This document shows, piece by piece, positions 28,096-38,477 of a stretch of DNA of 64,000 bases. Source of the stretch: Planctomycetota bacterium (GTDB lineage Bacteria; Planctomycetota; Phycisphaerae; Phycisphaerales; UBA5793); assembly GCA_013112555.1 (NCBI GenBank), contig JABFGK010000001.1, positions 2,729,574 through 2,793,573 of the forward strand, given 5' to 3'. Position 1 is the first letter of the stretch, and every line of letters begins with the position of its first letter. The notes under the pieces were generated by a model, which was not told the DNA's origin, did not search any database, and was given only the letters and a program-made list of their open reading frames with translations. Both the position numbers and the translations under genes were made by a program.

Positions 28096-28530
28096 TCACA
28101 GTTCGAGCGTCTCGGGCTGCTGGGCAGTATGCGGGTGATCCGTACCGGCGTACACCTTGAGTTTCCGGTACATGTCGCGCCCGAGGGGACCCTTGGGCAG
28201 CATTCGGCGAACGGCATCCTCCACGAGCCGTTCCGGATGCTTCTCACGAATCTCATCGAAGGTGCGAAGGCGAAGCCCGCCGGGATACCCGGAGAAACTC
28301 TTCTTGAACTTCTGCTCGCCCTTGCGCCCGGTCATGGCGACTTTGGCAGCATTGGTAACAATGACGTAGTCGCCGCAATCTACATGGGGCGTATACGTCG
28401 GCTTATGCTTGCCCATCAGGACGGTGGCGATCTGCGTGGCCATGCGACCGAGAATCTGACCCTCGGCATCCGCGATGAGCCACTTGCGCTCGACCTGTCC
28501 TGGTTTTGCGAGAAACGTCTCCCGTCTCAT
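28096..28530 (-). CDS. rplM: 50S ribosomal protein L13
   Basis: [63 protein letters not shown]... is typical L13. The ATG is at 28530 (the ORF track extends to 28695 with non-L13 sequence). Conserved rplM-rpsI order. Confidence 0.9.
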   Translation of the reverse strand: MRRETFLAKPGQVERKWLIADAEGQILGRMATQIATVLMGKHKPTYTPHVDCGDYVIVTNAAKVAMTGRKGEQKFKKSFSGYPGGLRLRTFDEIREKHPERLVEDAVRRMLPKGPLGRDMYRKLKVYAGTDHPHTAQQPETLEL

Positions 28531-28838
28531 AGCCCGGCACTCACAATCCCACACAAAAAGTTTATGAAATAACTGCGCAGCCCAATACCGTTTTGCCAAT
28601 CGGGCCGGCAATAGAGCCGCAAAGGATAGCCACCTGAAAAGACTGGTCAAATATCCGTAACAGTATGCATCAAGACAGTCTATCCGGCTCATCACGGCCG
28701 ACCTGCATACGTGGGGGCATAACCGGGGGGATCTCGGCCCACCTCACGGTCCGGGAAAGGCATATGCTTGGCTGTCACACTTGTTTTCCAGCGGTGCGAT
28801 GCATGGCTGTCACTCCTCCTTCTTGAAGGGAAGCGTCA

Positions 28839-29225
28839 ATGATTATTGTCAACACCGAGACGATTCCGGGCTTCGACGTCGTCGAGCTGCGGGGTCTGGT
28901 CCAGGGGAACACGATCCGGGCCAAGCACGTTGGCAGAGATATCGCCGCTGGACTGAAGAATCTGGTCGGGGGTGAGTTACGGGGCTACACCGAACTGCTC
29001 ACCGAGGCCCGGCGTGAGGCGATGGAGCGGATGATGTCGCAGGCGCAGCAGTTGGGTGCCAACGCGATCATTAATGTCCGCTTCACGACGTCATCCGTTG
29101 CCGGCGGGGCAGCCGAGTTGTACGCCTACGGGACGGCCGTGACGGCTGAGCCGGTCGGGAGCCAGGCCGCGGCAGACGCCCCGGCCCCGGAGGACATCTT
29201 CCCATCGTCGGAGCCCCAGGCGTAG
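28839..29225 (+). CDS. YbjQ/UPF0145 (DUF74) family protein
   Basis: MIIVNTETIPGFDVVELRGLVQGNTIRAKHVGRDIAAGLKNLVGGELRGYTELLTEARREAMERMMSQAQQLGANAIINVRF matches the YbjQ fold signature. Confidence 0.8.
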   Translation: MIIVNTETIPGFDVVELRGLVQGNTIRAKHVGRDIAAGLKNLVGGELRGYTELLTEARREAMERMMSQAQQLGANAIINVRFTTSSVAGGAAELYAYGTAVTAEPVGSQAAADAPAPEDIFPSSEPQA

Positions 29226-29283
29226 CACACGCTGGACTGACGTATGAGCCCGATGCGGGCGAAATGCGATCGGCCGTCTCCCG

Positions 29284-29910
29284 GTGTTTGACAAGGCCGG
29301 CGTCGGCCCCCAGATGGACAGGGGCTTTGCGATGGATCAAGTCATCAATATCGTCTTCCGAATCATCATGACGATTGTGGGTCTGCTGGTCGGTGCCATC
29401 TTCGGCATCCCGATTGAGCGTGCCCATTACCGAAATCTCGAAGAGCGGGAGCAGAAGATCCGCCGGTTCCCGATCACCGACTTGAAGTCGGTGCCGGGCG
29501 GGATTGAGGTGTCCGGTGCCAGGATGGTCATCGGGCAGGTCGTGGTCGGATCGGATTACCTCAAGACCTTTCTTTCGAAACTGCGAAACATCTTCGGGGG
29601 CGAGATGATTTCATTCCAGCGCGTCATGGATCGGGCACGGCGCGAGGCACTGCTTCGGGCGGTGGAGCAGGCACAGAGTCTGGGGGCCTGTGCCTTGATC
29701 AACGTGCGATACGACACCTCACGAATCGGATCGATGCAGCAAAAGGGTGGGGTGCCGATGGCCGAGGTAGTGTGTTCCGGCACGGCACTGTTCGGGCCTG
29801 ACCAGCGTGCCCGCATTGTCGGGGCCGGCGATGCCCAAGCAGCCTGGCAGGTGTCATCCGCCGATGAAGTTGCCACCCTCGTCGACCCCCGGGACCAAGC
29901 GGCCGGATGA
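29284..29910 (+). CDS. Membrane-anchored YbjQ/DUF74-like paralog
   Basis: N-terminal TM (IVFRIIMTIVGLLVGAIFGI), then a YbjQ-like domain (LRNIFGGEMISFQRVMDRARREALLRAVEQAQSLGACALINVRY). An alternative start is MDQVINIV at about 29332. Confidence 0.7.
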   Translation: MFDKAGVGPQMDRGFAMDQVINIVFRIIMTIVGLLVGAIFGIPIERAHYRNLEEREQKIRRFPITDLKSVPGGIEVSGARMVIGQVVVGSDYLKTFLSKLRNIFGGEMISFQRVMDRARREALLRAVEQAQSLGACALINVRYDTSRIGSMQQKGGVPMAEVVCSGTALFGPDQRARIVGAGDAQAAWQVSSADEVATLVDPRDQAAG

Positions 29911-29982
29911 TGGATGCCCCGATTTCAGGGTGAGCCATGGCGCGTCATGGACGCTTGACACCACTCGGCAGGACGTGCCCCC

Positions 29983-30777
29983 ATGTCCAAACGCAAGCAC
30001 CTGCATGGCATTGAGGATGAGCCGGCGTTGCGCTCGTTGCGCCGTGGCAGTGAGTGGGTCAGGACATCGGAGGATTCCGATGAACTGGGCGAGGAGCCGG
30101 TTCGGGCCGGGCCGGGTGCCGTACTCCATACTGAGGATGATCACACCCAGGCCATCGGCGATGAGCCTGCCTTGCGCAGCGCGCACCTCGATGCCGATTC
30201 CGCCCCCGGGTTTGCTCAGATATACAGCCGGAAACGCGCTGCCACGACGGCTCGACAACGATGGGGGGCCATCGCCATCGCAGCCGTGCTGTCCGGGCCG
30301 TTTGCCGTGGCCGGAGCCTTCATGTCGAGCATCGATACCTCCTGGTATCTCCTGTTGGCCATCTGCGTTTTCGGCCCGCTGATCGAAGAGATGCTCAAGG
30401 TCGGCAGCGTGCTGTATCTGGTCGAGCAGCGACCCTGGCTGATTCCCTCGCGGGTTTCGATCGTCATGACGGCTCTCATCTCAGGCCTGGTTTTTTCGGT
30501 ACTGGAGAACTTCTGGTATCTCTATGTACTGTTCCCGGAGCCAACGCAGGACATGGTCGCTTGGCGCTGGAGCGTCTGTGTGGTCCTGCACACCGGCTGC
30601 TCGACGATTGCCGGGCTCGGGGTGGCTCGAATCTGGATCACGAGCCATCGCACCGGCACGTTGCCTCGCATCGCATTGGGCAGCCCGTACCTGATTACTG
30701 CGATCGTCCTCCACGGGCTGTACAACTTCTCGGTGACGGTGCTTGAGCTCTCAGGCAGCCCACTGATGGACTGGTAG
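29983..30777 (+). CDS. PrsW-family (or CPBP-like) intramembrane protease with an acidic N-terminal cytoplasmic region
   Basis: Multi-TM protein with the motifs GPLIEEMLK (EExxK), FSVLENFWY and LHGLYNF in successive helices. The N-terminal 90 aa carry a duplicated (E/G)DEPALRS motif. Confidence 0.55.
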   Translation: MSKRKHLHGIEDEPALRSLRRGSEWVRTSEDSDELGEEPVRAGPGAVLHTEDDHTQAIGDEPALRSAHLDADSAPGFAQIYSRKRAATTARQRWGAIAIAAVLSGPFAVAGAFMSSIDTSWYLLLAICVFGPLIEEMLKVGSVLYLVEQRPWLIPSRVSIVMTALISGLVFSVLENFWYLYVLFPEPTQDMVAWRWSVCVVLHTGCSTIAGLGVARIWITSHRTGTLPRIALGSPYLITAIVLHGLYNFSVTVLELSGSPLMDW

Positions 30778-31220
30778 TGCGATGCGCTGCCGGGAGCCGG
30801 GGGGCGGGCACAACGCCCAACCCACACTCTCACAACATGTTACGAGCATGGCCAACACGCATGTGATTGAGACATGCCGGTAGCGAGCGGGGTCGGTATA
30901 ACTTGCGGTGCGGCAGTGAGTCACAGGGAAGCCAGACAGACAGGAGCCAAGTAATCCGGAATCCGGGGGCACGGTCATTTGTGCGTCTGTATACCCGCCG
31001 GACCTTGCCTTCCGCTCCGGGTTTGACGGCCTGATGACAGTTTGGCTGAAGCACGGCTGACGACACTTGGATGGCAGAAACCTGGTACGAACAGCGGCAT
31101 GAGTTCGATAGAGGGTTCATACGGATCATGCCCAGACTCAGGCCGGATGCACTCTCATCCGGCGTGAATATCGATCGACCACCGTGACGAATCGGTCGGT
31201 CGAAGAAAGGACTACGTCTC

Positions 31221-32780
31221 ATGGCACTCTTGATACTACTGGCCGGTTTGGTGTTGGCCGTTCTTATTCTGTCAGCGATCCCTCGTATCCCGTGGAACGC
31301 GCTGCGAGGGGCGGCAGCGCTGTTTGCCCTGATTGTGCTGATCGCGTCCGCACTGTTCAGTTCGGTGCGGTATGTGGGGGAGAGTGAGGTTGGTATTGTC
31401 ATCAAGAACATTGGTGCCAAGGACCTGCCGCCGGGCCGGATTATCGCGACCAACGGCGAGAAGGGGCCTCAGGCAGCAATTCTCGGCCCCGGGTGGCACC
31501 CGTGGATCTGGCCCATCATCTTCGACGTCGAAAAGATCCCGGTCACGAGCATCGAAGAGGGTGAAATCGGCCTGGTCACGGCCAATGACGGCCTGCCTCT
31601 GCCTGAGGGGGTCACCTATGCCGAGGAATGGCCTGGTGATCTGGTCAAGAGCATGGTCAACGAGCCCGAGTACTTCCTGACCGAGGGCAATGGGTACAAA
31701 GGGCCGCAGACGACCGTGTTGACACCCGGCAAATGGCGTATCAATACGAGGCTGTTCTCCATCGAGAAGGCACCTGCCACCAACATCGAGCCGGCCATGG
31801 TTGGCGTGATCAAGTCGAATGTGGGCTCGGCCGAGGACGACGAGACGGTCAAGTTGGTGGAGAAGGGGCAGCGGGGCATCTGGCGGAGCGCCTATGGCCC
31901 GAGCAAACTCTACATGAACACAAAGGCCTACGAGATCACCATGATCTCAACGCAGAAGAAGATTGTCAGGTACACCAGTGCGGGTGGGACCGAGGAAACC
32001 GAGATCAAGGTCCGGACGTCAGACGGCTTTACCTTCCCGGTGGATGTCCGAGTGGAATACCACATCAAACCGGAATCGGCGCCGCTCGTGGTGGCGGAGG
32101 TTCGCGACGACGGGGACGGGCTGCAGGATGTGCTGAACTCGGTGGTCCGGGCCGTATTCAGAAACAACGCTGAAAACGTCAAGGCGCTGGACTATGTGCA
32201 GCAGCGGTCCATTCAGGAGTCGCAATCGCTCGAGATGATTGCCAGGGACATGGAGCAGATCGGTGTGACCGTGACCGGGGTACGTATCGGCGATGTCGGC
32301 GATGAGGAGTCGCTCGGGGCCCTGTTGAAGACGCAGACTGACCGCGAGATTGCCATCCAGGAAGAGATGACCTTTAAGCAGCAGCAACTGGCCCTCGAAC
32401 AGAAGAAGGAAGTATCTCGCACCGAGCAGGAAGCGGAGGAAGAGAGGCGCCTGGCCACCGCGACCTACGAGATTCAGATTGCGGAAGCCGAGAAGGAACG
32501 TCGGATCATCGAGGCCAACGCCGAGGCCGAAGCGATCCAGATCAAGGCCGATGCCCAGGCAGCAGCGTACCAGAAGATTGCCGAGCAGATCGGCAAGGGG
32601 AATGCCGCCCTGGTCGAGTTGCTCACGATCGTGGGTGAAAGCGGCATCAACATCACCCCGAGGGTCATGGTCACGGGCTCCGGCAGCGGCTCGTCGGGGA
32701 CCGGCAGCACGGATGCCCAGACGACGGCCCTGATCGGCACGATGCTCGATTCGATGGTTCAGGACGTTGCCGACGAGTGA
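31221..32780 (+). CDS. Flotillin-like SPFH/Band-7 domain protein (YqiK/FloA-like)
   Basis: N-terminal membrane anchor, an SPFH core (VGESEVGIVIKNIG...) and a long C-terminal coiled-coil with EA-rich heptads (EQKKEVSRTEQEAEEERRLATATYEIQIAEAEKERRIIEANAEAEAIQIKADAQAAAY). Confidence 0.8.
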   Translation: MALLILLAGLVLAVLILSAIPRIPWNALRGAAALFALIVLIASALFSSVRYVGESEVGIVIKNIGAKDLPPGRIIATNGEKGPQAAILGPGWHPWIWPIIFDVEKIPVTSIEEGEIGLVTANDGLPLPEGVTYAEEWPGDLVKSMVNEPEYFLTEGNGYKGPQTTVLTPGKWRINTRLFSIEKAPATNIEPAMVGVIKSNVGSAEDDETVKLVEKGQRGIWRSAYGPSKLYMNTKAYEITMISTQKKIVRYTSAGGTEETEIKVRTSDGFTFPVDVRVEYHIKPESAPLVVAEVRDDGDGLQDVLNSVVRAVFRNNAENVKALDYVQQRSIQESQSLEMIARDMEQIGVTVTGVRIGDVGDEESLGALLKTQTDREIAIQEEMTFKQQQLALEQKKEVSRTEQEAEEERRLATATYEIQIAEAEKERRIIEANAEAEAIQIKADAQAAAYQKIAEQIGKGNAALVELLTIVGESGINITPRVMVTGSGSGSSGTGSTDAQTTALIGTMLDSMVQDVADE

Positions 32781-33023
32781 TCCTGCCTGTCGGAGTCGCA
32801 GGACGGCCCACCGAGCAGGGCCAATGAGCCAAGCCGCCCACGGGGGCGGCTTTTTCAATGGCAGCACAGACCGTCAGACTTGTTTCCGGCCGGCCTGACC
32901 TGCGCGCACCGTAGGACTATGATCGGCATCCTCGCAACGGTATGGCGGGGGTTGTTTTGGAGATACGGACCGATGCACAGCAGCCGCGTTGCCAGGGAAG
33001 GATATTTCGCAGACATCTACCAG

Positions 33024-33557
33024 ATGTTCAAGAGCATCCTGATCGGGATGCGGATCACGCTGAAGTACTGCTTCAGCCCCGTGGTGACGATCAAATACCC
33101 TTTTGAGAAGATCGCCTTTGCCCCCCGCTACCGTGGGATACACGAGTTCGAGGCCGACAAGTGCATTGCCTGCGACGCGTGCGCCAAGGCCTGCCCGGTT
33201 GACTGCATCTATATAGACAAGTCTGCCCCGCGAAAAACGGACAAGAAAACCGGGAAAGCCACCGGCGGTGAACTGCTGCGATATGCGATCGACTATCAGA
33301 AATGCATGTTCTGCGGGCTTTGCACCGAGCCGTGCCCGACGGACTGCATTCACATGGGCAAGAATCACGATCTGTCGAGTTACACGCGAGAGGACATGAT
33401 CGTGGAGTTTCACGAGTTGGGGCAGAAGGGCCTGAACACCCCGGTGCCGCTGTGGGCTGAGCGGAATGCGGATCGAATTCCGTGGGTACAGGCTGAAAAA
33501 GAGCGAATTGAGCGTGGTGAGGTTGCCACGACCGAAGCAGATATCCCGGGGCTGTAG
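33024..33557 (+). CDS. NuoI-like 2x[4Fe-4S] ferredoxin (NADH-quinone oxidoreductase subunit I family), not in a nuo operon
   Basis: MFKSILIGMRITLKYCFSPVVTIKYPFEKIAFAPRYRGIHEFEADKCIACDACAKACPVDCIY...CMFCGLCTEPCPTDCIHMG is the NuoI N-terminal signature plus two CxxCxxCxxxCP clusters. The ORF track starts at 32880; 33024 aligns with NuoI N-termini. Confidence 0.75.
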   Translation: MFKSILIGMRITLKYCFSPVVTIKYPFEKIAFAPRYRGIHEFEADKCIACDACAKACPVDCIYIDKSAPRKTDKKTGKATGGELLRYAIDYQKCMFCGLCTEPCPTDCIHMGKNHDLSSYTREDMIVEFHELGQKGLNTPVPLWAERNADRIPWVQAEKERIERGEVATTEADIPGL

Positions 33558-34127
33558 GTTCATCCCGGGTTCATGAATGGATTATTGTCTCTGGTGCCAA
33601 CAATTGGTTCGGAAGGATGAGTATCGCGGTCGGCAGACCGGCTGGATGAGGGCCCGGTGCCCGGTCCTGCACTGTATGTATGTGGCCTGAGTCGCAACCA
33701 AAAGACTTGCGTTTGCCCAAACCTTCGAGTATGCTACGGAGAACGGCACGAGGGTGGATGCGACGAGACCGACACGGACCCGATGCCACGGGACGCTTGG
33801 CCGGCCACGGCCGAGACAGGCAATCGGGTTCCACCACCCCAGGTGAAGGTTAAAGGCCTGATGTTGTTGCGTTTGGCTCGGATCGGTTGAACAATGTCCG
33901 GTTCGTGCCCGGGGCATCGACAGTACAGGACACGAGTTTGGTTCCATTGCTGGTCACAGACTTGACTGGGATCGACTCACGCCGGCAGCCCACTGCCACC
34001 CCCCCAGCCATGCCGTCGCGGCAAGCCAACCACTTGCCCTCGGCCCCAGGATAGACATTTGTGATACTTGATGACCATGTCCGCAGACAGTCCCTCACCG
34101 GACCACTCATCGGAAGGTTCTGAAAAG

Positions 34128-37100
34128 ATGAAGCACGTCACTGCCCGCTGGCTCAGTCTCTGCTCGCTCAGTCTTGCCCTGCTGGTCGGTTCGCCGACGG
34201 CCACGGCATTCGGACTGGCGGGTACTCGGTCACAGGATATGTTTGAACAGGCCACGGAGTACTACCAGAAGGGCCGGTACATTGAGGCCAAGCAGTTACT
34301 TCTCAAGATTGACCTGGCCGAACTGGAACTTGCCGAGCGGCAGGGTGTGTTCGATCTGCGTGATCGCATTGACGAAGTGCTGAATCAACTGCCGCATTCC
34401 GAGTTGCAGTTGCGCTATGCGGAACTGTCACTGTCGCAGCGTGATCTGAAGAACGCGAGTGCGAGACTGCTCAAGGTTCTTGACGATCCGTCGGCCACGG
34501 CCGACCAGCAGCGCGAGGCGACGACTCTGCTCGAGCATGTGACGACGCTGCAGGAAGAGGTTGAGCCGCATGTACCCGGCATCATCGACGATGCGACCGG
34601 GGCGTTCAACGACGGCCAGTACGGTCGGGCCAAGGCCGGCTTCCAGACCGTGATGCAGTCCGGCATCATCCTTGATGCAGGCCAGCAGGCGAATGTGGAC
34701 GGCTACCTTGAGCGGATTTACCTCCTTGAGGCTCGTGACCGCGTCATCTTCGATCTCGATACCAGTTACGTCGATTCGATTTGGGGCGGGGCCGATACTG
34801 CCATGACGCCGCAGACCCCGGTGGCTGAGGTTACGACGACGACCCAGGAGCCGACGCAGGAAACCCAGCCGGGTACCGACGCAGTCGAGGAAGTCGGCCA
34901 GGAGCAGCCCACGCAGGAACCGGCTGCCCAGGATGAGGGCACCCCGGCAGCCGAAACTCAGGAACAACCGGCCTACGAGCCGCCGCACGATCTGATCTAC
35001 CAGGCCCAGCAGGCCCAGGCCAATGAGTATCTCCAGCAGGCCATTGATGCCCAGGCTGAAGGGAAGTACGAGTTGGCGGTGACCTTGTACAGCAAGGCGC
35101 TGACGATTCAGCCGGAAAACGAGATGGCCCTGCAGGGCAAGGCTCAGTGCGAGACCTTCCTTGACCGCGGTTCGATCATCGACGACCCGACTCAGGATCG
35201 GGACCTGCTGGCCCAGCAACTTCGGGCTGAGTACGGCACGCTGCTTGAGCAGTCTCGTGACTATCTGACCGAAGGCAACTACGTCCGGGCCTCGGACATG
35301 GTGATGCGGGCCAAGTACACCCTGTCTGAAGGCAAGAACCTGATCAGCCTCGACGAGTACGAGGCCCTCCGAGCACAGGCTCAGACGCTGGGTGAGGAAA
35401 TCAACCAGATGCGCCGTGAGGAAGAAGCGATAGAGATGCTCGAGGATGCCCAGGCTGCTCAGACGGCCCGAGACCAGCAGCGTCGCGAACTCGAAATGCG
35501 TCGCCAGCGCGAGATTGCTGAGATTCTGATCAGCATTCGCCGACTCCAGCAAGCCCAGAAGTACGACGAGGCCCTGCTCGAACTCGAACGTCTGCTGTTC
35601 ATGGACCCGAACAATGCATCGGCCCAGGCCCTCAAGTCCGCCATTACCGAAATCCGCATGTACCAGCGCTGGGACAAGACGCAGGACGAGGCTCGCCTCC
35701 GCCAGGCTGAGCAGTCGCTGCTGCTGTACGAACAGTCGCTGCTGCCGGTGAACATCGTCGAATACCCGGAGGACTGGCCCGACCTGTCTCAGCGTCGTGC
35801 CGGCCGTCTGGCCTATCTCGAATCTGAGGGTGACCGGGCCGTGCTCGCGTCGCTCGAAAATGTGAAGTCCAACATCGACTTCGAAGGACACGCACTCGGC
35901 GAGGTGCTCGGCTACATTGCCGAGGTGGCTGACATCAACCTCGATGTGGACTGGCGTGCCCTGGAGAACAACTTCATTGATCGGAACACGCCGGTCAATC
36001 TGAAACTGAACGACAGCGTCTCGCTTCGCGTTGTGCTGGAGCGCGTGCTGCGTCAGGTCGGCGAAGATGAGGACACCCGCCCGCAGTATGACGTCTCGGA
36101 CGGCATTCTGACGATCTCCACGAAGGAACGGCTCCAGGCCATTCCCGAGACGCACGTCTATGACATCCGCGATCTGCTGATCAACGTGCCGAACTTCGAG
36201 CCGCCGAACATGGACATTGACACGCTGCTCGAGCGGAACAATCGCCGATCCATGTCCGACCGCGTCTTCGGCGACTATGACGACGGCACCGACTACGACA
36301 CCGAACGCCTCACCCGTGAGGAGCGAGTCGAGAAGATTCGCGACATCCTGACGACCACGATCGACCGTCGATCCTGGGAAATCAACGGCGGCGACGTCGG
36401 CGTGATCCAGGAACTCAACGGCAACCTGATCATCACGACCACTGAGCGGAACCATCGGGACATCTCGAATCTGCTCGACAAACTGCGTGAAATCCGTTCG
36501 CTGCAGATCAGCGTGGAATCCCGATTCCTGCTGGTCAGCGAGGACTTCTTCGAGCAGATCGGTTTCGATCTGGACGTCTGGTGGGGCGGGGCAGCCTGGG
36601 ACGTGGCCAGCCGCGAGGATCCGAACCTGCTGGTCTCCGATATGTTCTACAACAAGGAAACGAACCAGTTCACCCCGGGCCCGCAGCGTCAGTTCTTCTC
36701 GCTGTACGAGTTGCGTGGGCAGACGAACGCAGACGGCACGCCGATCTTCGACGCGAACAACCGTCAGGCCATCGAGGGTGTGCTGCCCGAAGCCGGTTTC
36801 CAGCAACTCGGCCGCGACACATTCACCCCATGGTCATTGCAGCAGAACACGCTCGGTCTGACCGAATCGCTGTTCGGTGCCTCAGCCACCAGTTTCGCCG
36901 GCCAGGCACTGGCTGCCACGCCGGGCCTGTCGTATGCGATGTCGTATCTTGATGAGATCCAGGTGGACCTGCTGATCAAGGCGACGCAGGCTGATCGCCG
37001 GAGTGTGCAGTTGACCTCGCCGCGGCTGACGTTCTTCAACGGTCAGCGGGCGTTCGTTCAGCTGACGACGACGCAGTTCTTCGTCTCTGACCTGAACCCG

Positions 37101-37640
37101 ATCGTGGGTGATGCCTCGGCCGGTTTCGACCCGCAGTTGACGGCTGTGCAGGACGGCATCGTGCTCGACGTTGAGGGCACGGTTTCAGCCGACCGCCGCT
37201 ACGTGACGATGACGGTCTCGGTCAGCAGCAATACGGTGGTTGACATCGAAGAGACGCAAGTCCCGCTGCTCGTGGGCGGCATCATCGTCGAGTCCGGCCA
37301 GCCGAGCGACCTCGTGCAGGTACCGGGCACCATCCAGCGCCCGATCGTGCAGACCTCGCAGGTCAACACGACGGTCAACGTTCCGGACCGCGGGACGATC
37401 ATGCTGGGCGGCCAGACGATTCGCAATGAAATCGAAATGGAGAGCGGTGTTCCCGTTCTCTCGAAGTTGCCGCTGATCAATCGGTTCTTCACGAACCGGT
37501 TGAGCACGACCGAAGAGAAGACGCTGCTGATCCTGATCAAGCCGACCGTGATCATCCAGCAGGAGAATGAGGAGTTGCTGTTCCCGGGCCTTCAGGACAC
37601 GCTCAACACCGGCGGCGCCGCCTACGGCTCTTCGTACTAG
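34128..37640 (+). CDS. Large secretin (GspD/PilQ family outer-membrane channel) with a long N-terminal TPR/coiled-coil region
   Basis: Signal peptide (MKHVTARWLSLCSLSLALLVGSPTATAFG). The C-terminal secretin domain carries its hallmark (ESGVPVLSKLPLINRFF...KTLLILIKPTVII). Upstream are N0/N1-like domains (LENVKSNIDFEGHALGEVLGYIAEVADINLDVDWRAL). The N-terminal 500 aa are helical and repeat-rich. Confidence 0.8.
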   Translation: MKHVTARWLSLCSLSLALLVGSPTATAFGLAGTRSQDMFEQATEYYQKGRYIEAKQLLLKIDLAELELAERQGVFDLRDRIDEVLNQLPHSELQLRYAELSLSQRDLKNASARLLKVLDDPSATADQQREATTLLEHVTTLQEEVEPHVPGIIDDATGAFNDGQYGRAKAGFQTVMQSGIILDAGQQANVDGYLERIYLLEARDRVIFDLDTSYVDSIWGGADTAMTPQTPVAEVTTTTQEPTQETQPGTDAVEEVGQEQPTQEPAAQDEGTPAAETQEQPAYEPPHDLIYQAQQAQANEYLQQAIDAQAEGKYELAVTLYSKALTIQPENEMALQGKAQCETFLDRGSIIDDPTQDRDLLAQQLRAEYGTLLEQSRDYLTEGNYVRASDMVMRAKYTLSEGKNLISLDEYEALRAQAQTLGEEINQMRREEEAIEMLEDAQAAQTARDQQRRELEMRRQREIAEILISIRRLQQAQKYDEALLELERLLFMDPNNASAQALKSAITEIRMYQRWDKTQDEARLRQAEQSLLLYEQSLLPVNIVEYPEDWPDLSQRRAGRLAYLESEGDRAVLASLENVKSNIDFEGHALGEVLGYIAEVADINLDVDWRALENNFIDRNTPVNLKLNDSVSLRVVLERVLRQVGEDEDTRPQYDVSDGILTISTKERLQAIPETHVYDIRDLLINVPNFEPPNMDIDTLLERNNRRSMSDRVFGDYDDGTDYDTERLTREERVEKIRDILTTTIDRRSWEINGGDVGVIQELNGNLIITTTERNHRDISNLLDKLREIRSLQISVESRFLLVSEDFFEQIGFDLDVWWGGAAWDVASREDPNLLVSDMFYNKETNQFTPGPQRQFFSLYELRGQTNADGTPIFDANNRQAIEGVLPEAGFQQLGRDTFTPWSLQQNTLGLTESLFGASATSFAGQALAATPGLSYAMSYLDEIQVDLLIKATQADRRSVQLTSPRLTFFNGQRAFVQLTTTQFFVSDLNPIVGDASAGFDPQLTAVQDGIVLDVEGTVSADRRYVTMTVSVSSNTVVDIEETQVPLLVGGIIVESGQPSDLVQVPGTIQRPIVQTSQVNTTVNVPDRGTIMLGGQTIRNEIEMESGVPVLSKLPLINRFFTNRLSTTEEKTLLILIKPTVIIQQENEELLFPGLQDTLNTGGAAYGSSY

Positions 37641-38012
37641 GGGAGAGACGCACGCCAGTGCCCACGAGGCCCATTGCTGCTGAGAGCAGGGTCTCGGCCT
37701 CGTGAGCCTGTGACTGAACTGATCCGACTTGCACGGCCCGTTGGGCAGGTCTGCCAATCGGATGATGCGATTCGAACCGGGTTCCGGTAGCCTCGCAGCA
37801 TCAATCGTCGGCGGCCCCGCCCTTCGGGCCTTTTTCAAAGCAGGTCACGACAGCGGGTTGCGGTCGGCGAATGATGTAGAGGCCGGAGCCGGACGTGGCG
37901 ACCGGTTTCCTTGACGCAGAGCCGGTCGGGGTCATACGCTGCCACGATGCCGGGCCCGGCTGTCGGCCCGTGCTCCCAACCCGTACCCGTTCCGACTCCT
38001 CCGAAGGAGCAG

Positions 38013-38375
38013 ATGATGAACTCGCCGGAATCGAGACTGCGAATACGCAAAGAAGCGGACGTCACCGTGGTGGAGTTTCTCGATCGTCACCTTTTGGACG
38101 AAGCGAACATCGCACAGTTCAGCGAGGACATCGGGTCGCTTGTCAACAGTGAGACGTCGCCAAAGGTGCTGATCAGCTTTGCCAATGTCGAGCACCTGTC
38201 GTCAGCGGTCCTCAGCGCCCTCATTACGATCCACAACCGCATCAAAACCAAGGATGGTCAACTGCGCTTATCAGACATCAGTGACCAAATCCTTGAGGTC
38301 TTCCACATCACCCAACTCGATCGCATGTTCCACATCCATAAGGGTGCTGACGATGCGCTCGAGAGTTTCGCCTAG
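38013..38375 (+). CDS. STAS-domain anti-sigma factor antagonist (SpoIIAA/RsbV-like)
   Basis: About 120 aa; VTVVEFLDRHLLDEANIAQFSEDIGSLVN...LISFANVEHLSSAVLSALITIHNRIKTKDGQLRL is the STAS fold. AAGGAG RBS upstream of ATGATG. Confidence 0.8.
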   Translation: MMNSPESRLRIRKEADVTVVEFLDRHLLDEANIAQFSEDIGSLVNSETSPKVLISFANVEHLSSAVLSALITIHNRIKTKDGQLRLSDISDQILEVFHITQLDRMFHIHKGADDALESFA

Positions 38376-38477
38376 CGAGCGGACGGCCGACCGCACCTGG
38401 GGCTGCGTGGGGCGCAGTGAGGCTGGGGTTGGTTGAGGTGGTGATGAACGACACAGAGGCGAGTGTGATACGTATCC

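Noticed and set aside
30830-31453. 207-aa minus-strand ORF overlapping the flotillin gene start and its upstream region
   Set aside because: It overlaps the flotillin N-terminal membrane anchor on the opposite strand. It is low-complexity with no RBS or motifs.
34428-36806. 792-aa minus-strand ORF antisense to the secretin gene
   Set aside because: It is fully embedded in the secretin CDS, which has a signal peptide and a canonical secretin C-terminal domain on the plus strand. The antisense product is low-complexity with no motifs.
37740-37790. tRNA-like GGTTCGAATC motif on the minus strand
   Set aside because: The surrounding sequence does not fold into a cloverleaf (no acceptor-stem complementarity, no anticodon or D-arm arrangement). 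It is probably a chance match in the secretin 3' flank.
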